A DNA stretch of 64,000 nt. It comes from Roseibacillus sp. (lineage in GTDB: Bacteria; Verrucomicrobiota; Verrucomicrobiia; Verrucomicrobiales; Akkermansiaceae). The stretch covers positions 1 to 64,000 of the forward strand of contig CBDEUM010000034.1 of NCBI GenBank assembly GCA_965242925.1. The letters run 5' to 3'. The position numbers and the translations under genes are program-made. Positions 1 through 10,130 of the stretch are shown here, one piece after another. How positions within the stretch are numbered: the first letter of the stretch is position 1; each line of letters starts with the position of its first letter. A model generated the notes under the pieces. The model was not told where the DNA came from, searched no databases, and saw only the letters and a list, made by a program, of their open reading frames with translations.

Positions 1-254
1 CAATCCACCGTGCGACCGGTGAGGTTCACCACCGCGTCGGCACCCTCAAGATGATGGCTCCAATGGCCGACTGTCCGACCATCCCACACCACGTGATCCC
101 ACGGTCCGGATGCTTCGGGTACATGCCGCGAGAGCAGCACGACCTTGTAGCTGAGCTCCGCCAAGTAGCGGGCAAGGCTGGTGCCGATGAATCCTGTGCC
201 GCCGGCGATAACGATCTTGCCCTTGGGCGGTTGGGTTCCGGTTGTTCGGTTCAT
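1..254 (-). CDS. NAD-dependent epimerase/oxidoreductase, TIGR01777 (YfcH-like) family; 5' part, runs off the window
   Basis: Manual translation from ATG at 254: MNRTTGTQPPKGKIVIAGGTGFIGTSLARYL...LEGADAVVNLTGRTVD; Rossmann GGTGFIG and DAVVNLxG motifs. Not in ORF track. Confidence 0.85.
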   Translation of the reverse strand, partial: MNRTTGTQPPKGKIVIAGGTGFIGTSLARYLAELSYKVVLLSRHVPEASGPWDHVVWDGRTVGHWSHHLEGADAVVNLTGRTVD

Positions 255-293
255 TTTTTCCGTATCTGCGAGTGAATCCGTCTTCTCCCGTTT

Positions 294-936
294 TCAGAGC
301 ATGATCTCATCATGCCGAACCCTAGCACACGGCGGGGTCAGGGGAAACAACAGCAGATGCCCCGCATCAGGGTGCAGAATGCAGACTGACGCAGAGTTGT
401 CCGGATTTTCTCGGAAGAGAGGAGGGTTGCGTAATCGAAAGAACTCGGTCGCGGAGCCCAGGGGTATCCTGTAGGGGCTGCGACTGGCAGGAAAGCTGCG
501 CCAGGAGCCAGCCAGGGATCTGGAACGTTCGAGCGTGCCTTCTCCCTCCCAACGCACCGTAAGTTCTGTGTCATCATGCCCGAATTCCAGACCAGGATTG
601 AAGGGCGGCTCAACCGACACCCTGACCGAGAGAGCCACGTCCTCGCTGGTCACTGCCCCGTCGGAGTCCGAGACCACCCCGCTATAGAGCCCGGCGTCGG
701 TGGCCTGCAGGATTCGCAGCCCCAAGGTTGGGTCGCGTTTGCCCCGGCAAATCTCGTCCAGCCAACCTCCACTGATAGGTCAGCCGCCCACTGCCAGTGG
801 CGCGTACGAAAAGGCTGATCGAAGAGCCCTCATTCGCTGTTTGGCTCGCCGGCTGCGCCGTGATCACGGGTTGGCCGCATGCGATCACGGGGAGAGCAGC
901 GGCCAAGGCGACCCAGGCGTTTTGGAATAATCTCAT
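294..936 (-). pseudogene. Frameshifted secreted immunoglobulin (I-set-like) domain protein with FFRL-type tail
   Basis: ORF 682..966 (signal peptide, PVITAQPASQT...LTYQW) joins ORF 294..725 (LQATDAGLYS...SATEFFRL) across one extra base in the C4 run at 720-723; the frame then runs into element A. Confidence 0.7.
360..384 (+). repeat. Element A copy (left part)
   Basis: ccccgcatcagggtgcagaatgcag. Confidence 0.8.
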
Positions 937-1026
937 GAAAGTGTCAATCTGGGTGGCAAAGCGCACTTTGCAAGCAGCTCCCCCACTCGGGCATCGCCGT
1001 AAAAATCACACTATTTCACTGTTGCT

Positions 1027-1083
1027 GAACCGGGTGCCCTTTGCCGCCTGCGTTTTGTGGTGGTAGCCGGGTGGAGGAGCATG
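1027..1083 (+). repeat. Degenerate element A right half with class-1 flank
   Basis: gaaccgggtgccctttgccgcctgcgttttgtggtggtag...ATG resembles gaaacagggtg...ctttgccccctccg...ggtggtaag...ATG at 40431-40498. Confidence 0.5.
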
Positions 1084-1147
1084 AGCTTTGGGGCAAAAGG
1101 ATGGGTGTATGTGGCAACGAATGCCGCAATGCCTGTGAACTGCTTCC

Positions 1148-3616
1148 CTAGTTCTTCCGGAAACTCTCGCTGGCGACGATGGCCTGGATGAGATCCCGGA
1201 GTCCCTTGTCGTTGCCGGCCATTTCCTTGCGGATCTTGTCGATGCTCGGGCGATCGCTGCTGTTGAGTTTACGGCCGATGGCGTAGGTGAGCATTTTCTT
1301 GGTGAGACAGCGGGTGAAGGTTTCGTCCTGCGCGACAAGCAACTTCCTGAAATCGGCATTTGAGGCGAAGGTCTTGCCGCCGGGGAGCTTGCCAGAAGGA
1401 TCCACCTTGAGCTTGCGGTCGTATTGATCGCGCCAGCCGCCGATGGCGTCGTAGTTCTCCAGGGCGAAGCCCGCCGGATCGATCTTGTTGTGGCACTGGG
1501 CGCAGGTGACGTCCGCACGGTGCTTGATCAATTGTTCCCTAAGAGTTGTCGCACCGCGAACGTCTGGTTCAATGGCAGGCACGTCGTCGGGCGGGGGCGG
1601 GGGGGTGTAGTCGAGGAGTTTGTTCATGACGTAAATTCCCCGCACCACCGGCGAGGTGTCCACGCCATTGGCCGAGGCCGTGAGGAAACTGCCGTGGCCA
1701 AGAATGCCACCCCTTGTGTTGCCGGGCAGGCTGACCTGGCGGAAATGGTTACCTTCCAGACCGGGCAGACCATAGTGCTCAGCCAGTTCGCGGTTAAGGA
1801 AACTGTAGTCGGCCGCGAGAAACTCACGGAGCGGCATGTTCTCCTTGAGGATGTGCCCGAAGAAGTGCTCGGTTTCCTTACGCATGGCACTGTCCAGGTT
1901 GTCCCGATAGTAGGTCACAAAGTCCTTGGAGGGCGGCATCTTGCCGATATTATCGAGCTCGAGCCAGATCCGCGTGAAGTTACTCACGAAGCGCTGCCCC
2001 TTCGGATCGGCGAGCATACGTTCCACCTGCTGACGCTGGATCGCCGGTTCACCGAGTGTGCCGGTAGGGGCGAGCTTGAGGAGTTCATCATCAGGCATGG
2101 ACGACCACAGGAAATAGGAGAGGCGCGAGGCCAGGGCGTAATCCTTGAGTTGTCCCTCGCCCTCATGCTGGTAAAGAAAACCGGGCGCGCACAGAATGGT
2201 TTGAAACCCGAGCTGCAATGCGTCCAGTGGCTTGAGCCCGGCATTCAGCTTGGCTGCGACCAGCGCGCGGATCGGCTTGAGCTCGCCCTCGGTCGGCGGC
2301 CGACGAAAAGCGCTGCGGGCGAAGGCGGTTAGTCGTTCGTCAATCGCCTCCGGGTTCACGTCGCCCGGCTTGAGATTTCCATAGAGCACGCGGTGCCCTG
2401 GCGGCGGCCAGCTCTGCTGGTGCGGGCCTTCGACTTTGATTTCCCAGATCCGCAGGCGCGGCCCCTGATAAGCCTTAAGCACGCCGTGAGCCTTTTCGAT
2501 GCCGGCCTTCATGCCGACGAACGGTTTGAACTCCGGTTTATCGGCGGCCTGAGTCGTTAGTGCTCGGACCATTCGCTTAGCCGCCAGAGGGCCATTGCGA
2601 AAGCGGACTTCCGGCTCGTAGCCGGCTTCCATATAGACCTTCCACTCGAACCATTTCGGCTCCTCATTGGTTAGCTCTATACGCGCCAGCGAAGTCATTT
2701 TCGAAACGTTGCCGGTGCTAGTGACACTGCCTCGTCGATCCACTGCCGCAATTTCCATTACCAATGGATCACCATTTCGAAAATCGCCCAGAGCTTGGCC
2801 GTAGTCATGGACGCGGCCCACCGCTGCAGCCCGAACGCGAATGGTGTAAATGCCGCTATGAGTAACTCCGCCTTGTCGAAACAGTGGCAGGAAGCCGATG
2901 TGTCCGCCGCGATAATGACGGCCGTAGAGATCGGTGTAAGGCGTCTCAGGAACAAAACGGAAGCGATCAACTTTGAAGAGTTTGGGCAAATCCTTTGATT
3001 CATTGCCCTTGAAATAAAACGGCGACTTCTGGGCATAGCGCCTGGTCTCGGGCTTTTCCTCGAAGTGCGTGGCGCGTTGAACCGCCCTCTCGGCCGCGGG
3101 GAGGTATTTTTGCAACAGCAGGCCGGAGGTCACGAGTTGGGCGCCGTCGTTGTCGAAGCCCTCGGCTGTGACTTCCGCAGGAAAATCCTCTGCCGGGTTC
3201 CAGGCGTCAATGTTCAGGCTGAGCAGGTCGCTGATAGTCTTTTGATACTCCAGCTTGTTCAGGCGACGGAGAGTCGTGTGTTGGCCTGCGCCGGCGAATT
3301 TTTCACGCGCCCCGGCGATGGCCTCGGTCATACTCTTAACCGCGGCGAGCCGTTCCGCCTCGCTCGGTTGTTTCTCGTCTTCAGGCGGCATCTCCCCCAG
3401 GTTGAGCTGGTCGACCATCTCCTGCCATTGCTCCTGCTGCCGAAAATCTTTGATGGTAGCGGGTAAGTTGTCGAAGCGGTGCTTGGCCTTCTGCTTGTCC
3501 GGTCCGTGGCACTTGTAGCAATACTGCTTGAGGAAGGTTTCGGGCAACGCTGCGTGCAGCACATCTGCTGAGAAGAGTCCAAGGAGGGCAATCGTGATGA
3601 GATGTGAGCGATTCAT
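1148..3616 (-). CDS. DUF1592/DUF1588/DUF1587/DUF1595/DUF1585 protein with Planctomycete-type cytochrome c domains
   Basis: Signal peptide, CYKCH and CAQCH heme motifs, LRRLN..EY, LASRLSYFLWSSMPD, TSPVVRG, IDPAGFALENYD. Confidence 0.92.
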   Translation of the reverse strand: MNRSHLITIALLGLFSADVLHAALPETFLKQYCYKCHGPDKQKAKHRFDNLPATIKDFRQQEQWQEMVDQLNLGEMPPEDEKQPSEAERLAAVKSMTEAIAGAREKFAGAGQHTTLRRLNKLEYQKTISDLLSLNIDAWNPAEDFPAEVTAEGFDNDGAQLVTSGLLLQKYLPAAERAVQRATHFEEKPETRRYAQKSPFYFKGNESKDLPKLFKVDRFRFVPETPYTDLYGRHYRGGHIGFLPLFRQGGVTHSGIYTIRVRAAAVGRVHDYGQALGDFRNGDPLVMEIAAVDRRGSVTSTGNVSKMTSLARIELTNEEPKWFEWKVYMEAGYEPEVRFRNGPLAAKRMVRALTTQAADKPEFKPFVGMKAGIEKAHGVLKAYQGPRLRIWEIKVEGPHQQSWPPPGHRVLYGNLKPGDVNPEAIDERLTAFARSAFRRPPTEGELKPIRALVAAKLNAGLKPLDALQLGFQTILCAPGFLYQHEGEGQLKDYALASRLSYFLWSSMPDDELLKLAPTGTLGEPAIQRQQVERMLADPKGQRFVSNFTRIWLELDNIGKMPPSKDFVTYYRDNLDSAMRKETEHFFGHILKENMPLREFLAADYSFLNRELAEHYGLPGLEGNHFRQVSLPGNTRGGILGHGSFLTASANGVDTSPVVRGIYVMNKLLDYTPPPPPDDVPAIEPDVRGATTLREQLIKHRADVTCAQCHNKIDPAGFALENYDAIGGWRDQYDRKLKVDPSGKLPGGKTFASNADFRKLLVAQDETFTRCLTKKMLTYAIGRKLNSSDRPSIDKIRKEMAGNDKGLRDLIQAIVASESFRKN

Positions 3617-3619
3617 CGT

Positions 3620-4888
3620 TCAGGAAAAATCCATCTGTGAAAAAGTGCCACTGCTCTTGCCGAAGGTGTCGCGCTCGACGCCGAACCATTGCAGGGACGA
3701 CAACCACAGATTGGACAAGGGCACGCGCTTATCTTTGTCAGCAGGAGAGACCACGTGGCCCTGATGCTTGAGGTCGCCGCCGGCCAGGAGCACGGGCAGA
3801 TCCTTGTTGCTGTGCTGGGAAGCGTCGCTCATGCCACTGCCCATGACCACCAGGGTGTCGTTGAAGATCTTTGCCTCCTGCAGACCGTCGAAGAGCCGGT
3901 TGACCTGGGTGAAGATGTAATCCTCCACCACCTTGAGTTGTTCCAACTTGTTCTCGCCCTTGCTATGGTGTGACAGGCCATGGTAGCCGGAGGTGACGTT
4001 GTCCAGGTCGGAGGTCGTAAATCCCATGGGAATCTCGAAGGTGGCGACCCGGGTGGAGTCGGTCTGCAGCGCCAGTGTCAGCAGATCGAAGAAAAGGGGC
4101 AGCTCCTCGATGTGCATGCGTTCTTCATCGGCTATCGGGTCGATGCCCGGCTTCGGCTTCGGCTTGTCGAGCCAGGCCTCGGACATCTGCAGCCTGCGCT
4201 CGACCTCGCGCACCGATGTCAGGTACTGATCGAGCTTGTCGCGATCGGCGTTGTTCAGGTCGCCGTGGAGGGATCTGGCGGACTCCCGAAGCGCATCGAG
4301 GATACTGCCGCGATGCCCCAGGCGCTTTCGCTCCAAGTCGCGCTCGGCTTTTGAACTTTGAACGAAAAGGGCTTCGAAAAGACGGGCCGGATTGTTCACC
4401 GGCGGGATTCGCACGCCCGTGCGAGTCCAGCACATATCCGTGCCTCCCGCCAATCCGGCGTTGATCGAGGGGAAACGGGCGGTGCTGCCGCTGTGTTCGG
4501 CGGCTACCTGATCCAGGGAAACATTCTTCTCGGGGAACCCTCCCGATTCCTCCTTGCGGATGCCGCCACTTAAGAAAGCATGCACCCCTGAATGGCCTCC
4601 ATGGGCCCCATCATCCAGATTCGAGAACACGGTGAAATCCTTACGGTGTTTCTCAATGTTCTTCAGGGTCTGGCTGCTGAGGTAGTTCGCGCCGGGCTCC
4701 TTCGGGAAGAATGCCGGGGGATAAAATCCCAGGTGATTACCGATGGCCAGAATCCTCCGGGGGCGTTCTGCAGGTGCTGCGGCGAAGGCCCGAGGAGTTC
4801 CACTTTTCAGGAATGGCAGGGCCAGCGACAGGCCGGCGCCCTGAAGGAAGCGGCGGCGGTCGATGGCGGATGGTTTATTCATACTCAT
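3620..4888 (-). CDS. DUF1552 (HXXSHH) protein, Tat-exported
   Basis: RRRFL Tat motif, LALPFL, SLDQVAA, YHGLSHH, PLSNLW; stop 3 bp before the DUF1592 gene. Confidence 0.92.
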   Translation of the reverse strand: MSMNKPSAIDRRRFLQGAGLSLALPFLKSGTPRAFAAAPAERPRRILAIGNHLGFYPPAFFPKEPGANYLSSQTLKNIEKHRKDFTVFSNLDDGAHGGHSGVHAFLSGGIRKEESGGFPEKNVSLDQVAAEHSGSTARFPSINAGLAGGTDMCWTRTGVRIPPVNNPARLFEALFVQSSKAERDLERKRLGHRGSILDALRESARSLHGDLNNADRDKLDQYLTSVREVERRLQMSEAWLDKPKPKPGIDPIADEERMHIEELPLFFDLLTLALQTDSTRVATFEIPMGFTTSDLDNVTSGYHGLSHHSKGENKLEQLKVVEDYIFTQVNRLFDGLQEAKIFNDTLVVMGSGMSDASQHSNKDLPVLLAGGDLKHQGHVVSPADKDKRVPLSNLWLSSLQWFGVERDTFGKSSGTFSQMDFS

Positions 4889-5075
4889 AAATTTATCGCT
4901 CTATCCCACCAGCAAGCGATTGATAACTGGAATCAATACCTTCCCCGCTGATGAAATCCTACTCACTATTCTGATTGGGGGAAGTTCAGAGATTTTTCAA
5001 CTCAATCCTACTGTTCTCTCCCATTCCCGTGAGGGACACTGGGATTCACTAAGACAACGAAGCCGTAAATCTACC

Positions 5076-5110
5076 ACCCCCTGTATCAGGGTGCAGGAAA
5101 CAGGGTGCGG
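5076..5110 (+). repeat. Element A copy
   Basis: accccctgtatcagggtgcaggaaacagggtgcgg. Confidence 0.9.
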
Positions 5111-5390
5111 ACAACTCGATGCTCCATCTGATCCCTGGTAAACGAGTCCGCATGAGGAGAAGTGTAACCCTCACCCTGATCGTTGCGCAGTGTGCCCTGT
5201 TTGCCGGATGCGGGGAGAGCGGCAGCCTGATCTTGTCACCATAGGGCGCGGCCCAAGACGGTGAGATCCCACTATGAAGGTCGCAGAAGAGGATTACGGC
5301 TATCTGGCGGGCATGTTGGGGGGCGGGGAGAACAATTCGCACGGATTTTGCGAGGCAAGTCGCTTCACCTGGTGTAACTTTTACCCATTG

Positions 5391-6689
5391 ATGAAGCCTA
5401 TCGTTCTCATTCTCGGTACCGTCTGGCTTCTCACCCTGGGGGCCGCATTCCTGATTGGACAAGGTGCCCGCAATTCCGAATCGCAGGAAAATGCTGAGCT
5501 CGAGCAGCGCTCTTCTTCCCGCCCGCCCTCCTCTTCGCGTTCGCGCCACAGAACCAAGGGTTCCCGCGACTCGCGCTCCAAGGTTTTGCCCACTAGTCAG
5601 ACCGCGCGGATTGTCCGGGTCAACTCACCCCGCCAGGCCGTTACCCAGTTGGCCCAGCTCAACGATCCGGTGGAACGTGCCAAGGGCTTCCTCGCGCTGA
5701 TCGAAACTCTGGAGGCCGATGAATTTCTCGACGTGATCGCCGACTTCCGGGCCCTCGGAATCACTGAGCAGCGCATGAGCGAATACGGTATGTTGCTCCA
5801 TGCCTGGGCCAAGGCAGATCCCGAAGGCGCCCTCGACTACGCCATCAAGAATACCGGGACTCCCTTTGCCCGCCAGGCGATCATGGCCAGTTGGTCCACC
5901 GATGATCCCGAGGCTGCGATTGCCTTTGCCCGTGCCAATCATGAAGGAGAGGGCGCGAATCCCCTCCTGGTTGGAATCATCCGTGGCATTGCCCCCTCCG
6001 ACCTCAGTCGAGCCTCCGATCTTCTGCAGGATCTTCCCTACAGTCGCGAACGTGGTGACGCCTTGCAGAGCATCTTGCCCTTTGTGATGGAGAATGGATC
6101 CGATGTTGCACTCACCTGGGCTGCTGGTATCGCTGACCCGCAGCTCAAGAGTGGTGCCCTCACCTATATCATGAGTGATCTCGCTGGTAGTGAACCGCTG
6201 CGAGCGGCCGAACTGCTCATCACCATCGCCGACAACAACGCGGCGGTGCGAGTGGCGGATGATGTCGCAGGCTCTCTTGCCCGCGTTGATCTCGAGGGAG
6301 CCAAAAACTGGTCGGTAGGCTTGGATGACGACCTTCGGGCCGAAGCTGTGGAAGGTATCATCGGCCATTATGCCTCGCAGGATCCGGTGGCCGCTTCCGA
6401 GTGGTTGGGATCCCTCGCCGGGACGACCAACCTTGATTCTGCCATTCGTCAGTTCGCCTGGAGAAGCCAGGGTTCGCAACCAGAATTGTCCGCAGACTGG
6501 ATCGGCCAAATTCAAAATCCCGAGCGTCGCAATGAGATGTACAACAGTGTCCTCTCGCGCTGGTTACGCAGCGACCCCATCTCCGCGGAGCAATGGATAC
6601 AAACGACTCCCGACCTGCCAGAGGGTATTCGCGAGCTGCCCAACCGCCTCCGACGAAACACCACAGGGGAGGACAGGCAATCCAACTAG
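5391..6689 (+). CDS. Hypothetical membrane-anchored alpha-helical repeat protein
   Basis: N-terminal hydrophobic segment from MKPIVLILG; repeated W..DP..A..(W/F/Y) units; start reassigned from 5274. Confidence 0.8.
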   Translation: MKPIVLILGTVWLLTLGAAFLIGQGARNSESQENAELEQRSSSRPPSSSRSRHRTKGSRDSRSKVLPTSQTARIVRVNSPRQAVTQLAQLNDPVERAKGFLALIETLEADEFLDVIADFRALGITEQRMSEYGMLLHAWAKADPEGALDYAIKNTGTPFARQAIMASWSTDDPEAAIAFARANHEGEGANPLLVGIIRGIAPSDLSRASDLLQDLPYSRERGDALQSILPFVMENGSDVALTWAAGIADPQLKSGALTYIMSDLAGSEPLRAAELLITIADNNAAVRVADDVAGSLARVDLEGAKNWSVGLDDDLRAEAVEGIIGHYASQDPVAASEWLGSLAGTTNLDSAIRQFAWRSQGSQPELSADWIGQIQNPERRNEMYNSVLSRWLRSDPISAEQWIQTTPDLPEGIRELPNRLRRNTTGEDRQSN

Positions 6690-6925
6690 ACAACGCTAAG
6701 CAGCTATTCGCCGATGGGATGAAGTCTTGGGACGGTCAGGGCGACACTGCCGATCCGCTTCCGGTGGCGATCGTGGCCTCGATGGCTCGAGTAGAACTGA
6801 TCGCAGTGGGATCCTCGCAAATGTTCCCGATCCCTGCGAAACTGTCCGGCGATTACGGATCCACTTCAGCTGGTAAGCCAGCCCTGCCACACCGCCGGAG
6901 ACAGGGGGAGGAGAAGACTGCGCAT

Positions 6926-6989
6926 CCCCACCTGCCCCGGCTCCCGAAGCGCCATGAATTCAGGGCTGGGCAAGCGATTTTCAATCAAT
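6926..6989 (+). repeat. Element B copy 1
   Basis: ccccacctgccccggctcccgaagcgccatgaattcagggctgggcaagcgattttcaatcaat; direct repeat of 8492-8556. Confidence 0.85.
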
Positions 6990-7072
6990 AAAATCGACCA
7001 CAAGCGGCCGATGAGAAAAGGCCAGTCGCTTGCCGAGGCAAACAAGATTGCCGCCGGGCAACAACAAGAGGA

Positions 7073-8449
7073 ATGAAAAAATGCCGCCATATGAAATCCA
7101 AATACAGAAGATATCACCTCAACAAATTCCCCGCATCTCTGGGGCTCTGCGTGGGGATCCTCTTCCTTGCCGCCGCCCGGAATGAGGGTAATGCCAAGCC
7201 CTCTGCTGCTGAAAGTTTCCTCATGTGTTCACCGGGACAGGTCGTCTTTGGCGAAACTTTCACTCCCGGCTCTGTCAGTAAGCGCTGGGGCATTCGCGCA
7301 CACTATCAAATTAACGAAGGAATCCTCCAGCGAACAAAGCATGAACCGGAGGAGACGGCGCGGACCTTCCTCAAGGACGCCGCCTTTCACAATGTGATTT
7401 TTCGCTTCGATTTTCGCTTTGAAGGAGCAGCGGAAATCCGGTTGATGACCGGCGGCGGTGGCGGTTATAACACCGTGACGCAAATCTTCCCCACTCATTT
7501 CCAGATCAATACCGCGAAACGAAACAACGAATTCGCGCCTTCAATACAGGGTGAATGCGCATTCGATTTCAAGAAAGGGAATTGGCATACCATGACGGTG
7601 GAATTCCACGATGAGGAAGTGGTTGCCCATGTCGACAAAAAGCACTTTGTCGTGGGCCGGCACCCCATCATCAATACCAAGCGCACCTATCTGGCCTTCC
7701 AGGTCAGCGGCACCGGGGCTGCCTTTGACAATTTTTTTGTCTGGGAATCAGCACCAAAAGAAAACTGGCCGGCACAAAGGAAGCAGTTGGCCGCCTCCCA
7801 GGCGGCCCGGCCACCTGCTATCAAGCGGGATGCAAGGCAACAATACGATCTTATCATGCTCAAGCTGAAGGACCGTCTCAGTCGCAGTGACGCAAAATAC
7901 CGGGATCTCGTCGCCCACCATGAGAAGCTTAAAGCGGCGCTGAAAACAGACTATCCAAGAGCCTTCCGGACTCATAAGGAACTCTCCAAGGGCATCGCCA
8001 GGCAGCGAATAGAGATCAAGGGGAAGGATCCCCGTTTCAAGCAAATGGAGGGAGCAGTCAATCAAGCCCGGAAAACAGAAAAGGAATACATCCACTCCAC
8101 GCACCGGGAACTGAAAAACCTCCCAAAGCATCTCTATTACGCAGCCTTTGAGGAGCGGCGGAAAACCATGGCCTATGATTCCCGGTTAAAGGCACTGGAG
8201 AAAATCACCGCAGGCCTCGAGACGGATTTACACAAAGAATTCCCCGGGGCGTTCCGGGAAGTTGATGCCCTTGTCGAGAAAAGGAATGCTTATGCCGCCA
8301 GTCTCAGGGAGGACGAGAAATTCCGGACACGGAAAAAGTCAATTGCTGAAACCAATACCGAAATCAACAATTACCTGCTCGATGCAGAGCCGAGACTGAA
8401 ACAACTCGCGGCGGCAAGAATGGCGATCATTCAGGAGAAAAAGCAATGA
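7073..8449 (+). CDS. Hypothetical exported protein: beta-sandwich (ConA/DUF1080-like) domain plus charged helical C-terminus
   Basis: 458-aa ORF; signal-like segment; FRFDFRF and GNWHTMTVEF motifs; Lys/Glu-rich C-terminal half. Confidence 0.7.
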   Translation: MKKCRHMKSKYRRYHLNKFPASLGLCVGILFLAAARNEGNAKPSAAESFLMCSPGQVVFGETFTPGSVSKRWGIRAHYQINEGILQRTKHEPEETARTFLKDAAFHNVIFRFDFRFEGAAEIRLMTGGGGGYNTVTQIFPTHFQINTAKRNNEFAPSIQGECAFDFKKGNWHTMTVEFHDEEVVAHVDKKHFVVGRHPIINTKRTYLAFQVSGTGAAFDNFFVWESAPKENWPAQRKQLAASQAARPPAIKRDARQQYDLIMLKLKDRLSRSDAKYRDLVAHHEKLKAALKTDYPRAFRTHKELSKGIARQRIEIKGKDPRFKQMEGAVNQARKTEKEYIHSTHRELKNLPKHLYYAAFEERRKTMAYDSRLKALEKITAGLETDLHKEFPGAFREVDALVEKRNAYAASLREDEKFRTRKKSIAETNTEINNYLLDAEPRLKQLAAARMAIIQEKKQ

Positions 8450-8491
8450 GCGGGCATACGCCAATACAGGGGGAACGCGACTCAGTTGCGC

Positions 8492-8556
8492 TCCCACCTG
8501 CCACGGCTTCCGAAGCTCCATGAATTCAAGGCTGGAAAAGCGATTTTTTGGCAATC
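8492..8556 (+). repeat. Element B copy 2
   Basis: tcccacctgccacggcttccgaagctccatgaattcaaggctggaaaagcgattttttggcaatc. Confidence 0.85.
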
Positions 8557-8606
8557 CCAGCCCTGCTACGCGTCCGGAGGCAGGGCAGGGCCATCGAAAC
8601 TCCACA

Positions 8607-8658
8607 ACCCCTCATCAGGGTGCAGGAAACAGGGTGCGAGTGGATTCCTCTTTGCCCC
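8607..8658 (+). repeat. Element A copy with class-1 flank
   Basis: acccctcatcagggtgcaggaaacagggtgcgagtggattcctctttgcccc. Confidence 0.9.
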
Positions 8659-8737
8659 ACGCAAGGGGTCTGGAAGTCCTGAGCCATCATGAAAGGCATC
8701 GCAGCATTCGGTGCCTTGGTGAGGTCGGGAATGTTGT

Positions 8738-9769
8738 TTAATTTTCTTTTGCCCGCTGCTGGAAGATTTGCATTACCTCGTCATCTGTCTGGCCAATGAA
8801 AGCGTCAAATTTCCCATAGAATTCAGCAAGCGACAAACCCATGTGTTTTTTGAATGCTGCTGATTTTCCGATGCGGGGAATGTCGTGATACCAGTCTTTC
8901 AGGACGACAGTTTCATCGATGCGCTGAACGTGAATCAAGTAGGCGGTCGCCCACGCTCCGAGCATATAGTAGACCTGTGCGGACCCGCCCCGGTCCCAGT
9001 AATCTTCATTATGCAATTGCCAGGTTTTTGTTTTGATCAAGAACTCGTTGATGCTGGGACGACCAATGTTGGCGCCTGATTGTCTTAGTTCTAACATGTA
9101 ACCCTTGAAGTCGATGAGCCCCATGTTTTCCATGAACCTGGCAGAGCTGTAGGTCGCCATGCCCTCCGCCATCCACGAGTTGATGTTTTTCTCAGAGGTT
9201 GGCTCTTGTTTGGTGTCACAGTGTGCCATCTGAAAAACATGGTGGTACTCGTGGAGAGCTCCCCATGTATTTTCAACCGGGTCCTTCTCCCGCCCTTTGG
9301 CGTTGGTCGTGACGTCCTCGTAGAGAATGGGCGGATCCTGAGTCCACGTCAGCCCACCTTCAGCCTTGCCGTCTAAAACGGACTTTATTTCGGCAATCAC
9401 GTTTGGACGCTTGAGAAACTCTTCAACTTGTTTTCTTGCGTTGGAAGGAGTGGAGTTTGGTTCGACCCGGGTCATGGCCCGCTGGCGATAAATTTCGCGG
9501 ACGCTTTCCTCGCTGTCCGATGCCAGCAAATAGACGTAATACGGACCATGGTTGCCGAAGTAGTCCATGGCATATCGTAGCCCGCGTCGATAATTCTTAA
9601 CTAGCGAATCGTCGGCATTTAATCCATCAGCGACAAACAAGACCGGCTCGATTGTTGCGGTTGCCTCGGCATTTAGAGAAGCAGGAGTGGTCTCTTGTGG
9701 TTCCGGGGAAGTCCTCTCTACACACCCCACAACCAGCAAACCAATCATAATTGGGATCAGTGTTTTCAT
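8738..9769 (-). CDS. Lipoprotein, putative zinc metallopeptidase (HEXXH + downstream E, gluzincin-like)
   Basis: Lipobox LVVGC; ALHEYHHVFQ followed by WMAEGMA. Confidence 0.75.
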   Translation of the reverse strand: MKTLIPIMIGLLVVGCVERTSPEPQETTPASLNAEATATIEPVLFVADGLNADDSLVKNYRRGLRYAMDYFGNHGPYYVYLLASDSEESVREIYRQRAMTRVEPNSTPSNARKQVEEFLKRPNVIAEIKSVLDGKAEGGLTWTQDPPILYEDVTTNAKGREKDPVENTWGALHEYHHVFQMAHCDTKQEPTSEKNINSWMAEGMATYSSARFMENMGLIDFKGYMLELRQSGANIGRPSINEFLIKTKTWQLHNEDYWDRGGSAQVYYMLGAWATAYLIHVQRIDETVVLKDWYHDIPRIGKSAAFKKHMGLSLAEFYGKFDAFIGQTDDEVMQIFQQRAKEN

Positions 9770-9834
9770 CGGGAAGAGTAACTACAGGTAATGAGAAGTC
9801 CAGAGCTCTTAGCCCAAGCGGAGACGATCCGCTC

Positions 9835-9886
9835 ACCCCGCATCAGGGTGTTGGAACCAGGGTGCGGGGTGGTTTGACATTGCCCC
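9835..9886 (+). repeat. Element A copy with class-1 flank; best-preserved dyad
   Basis: ACCCCGCA tcagggtgttggaaccaggg TGCGGGGT ggtttgacattgcccc. Confidence 0.9.
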
Positions 9887-10130
9887 TTGAGATCCGCGGC
9901 AACCCCTGCGCGCCGGTCCTGGTGGAGCGAGGTCGACGAGAGTGACCACCGAGCGCTTCCCGAGGCAGACGCCAGACTCGTCGAGGGCCTTCACGACAGA
10001 GCAGGAGCCGATCAGATCGGAAAGCGGGGTGGCGCTGAAAAGGTTGGCAGGGCCGCAATTCGAATCGGACTCCGCAACGTCACAAAGATGGGGTTTGTAT
10101 TTGATGGGCGGCGATCGTAGAGTTCAGGGA

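Noticed and set aside
8581..8590. GGGCAGGG (KOPS) as the explanation for the strand-biased G-rich motif
   Set aside because: The element is much longer than 8 bp, confined to intergenic junctions, and its consensus does not contain GGGNAGGG. Replichore bias still needs a genome-wide check.
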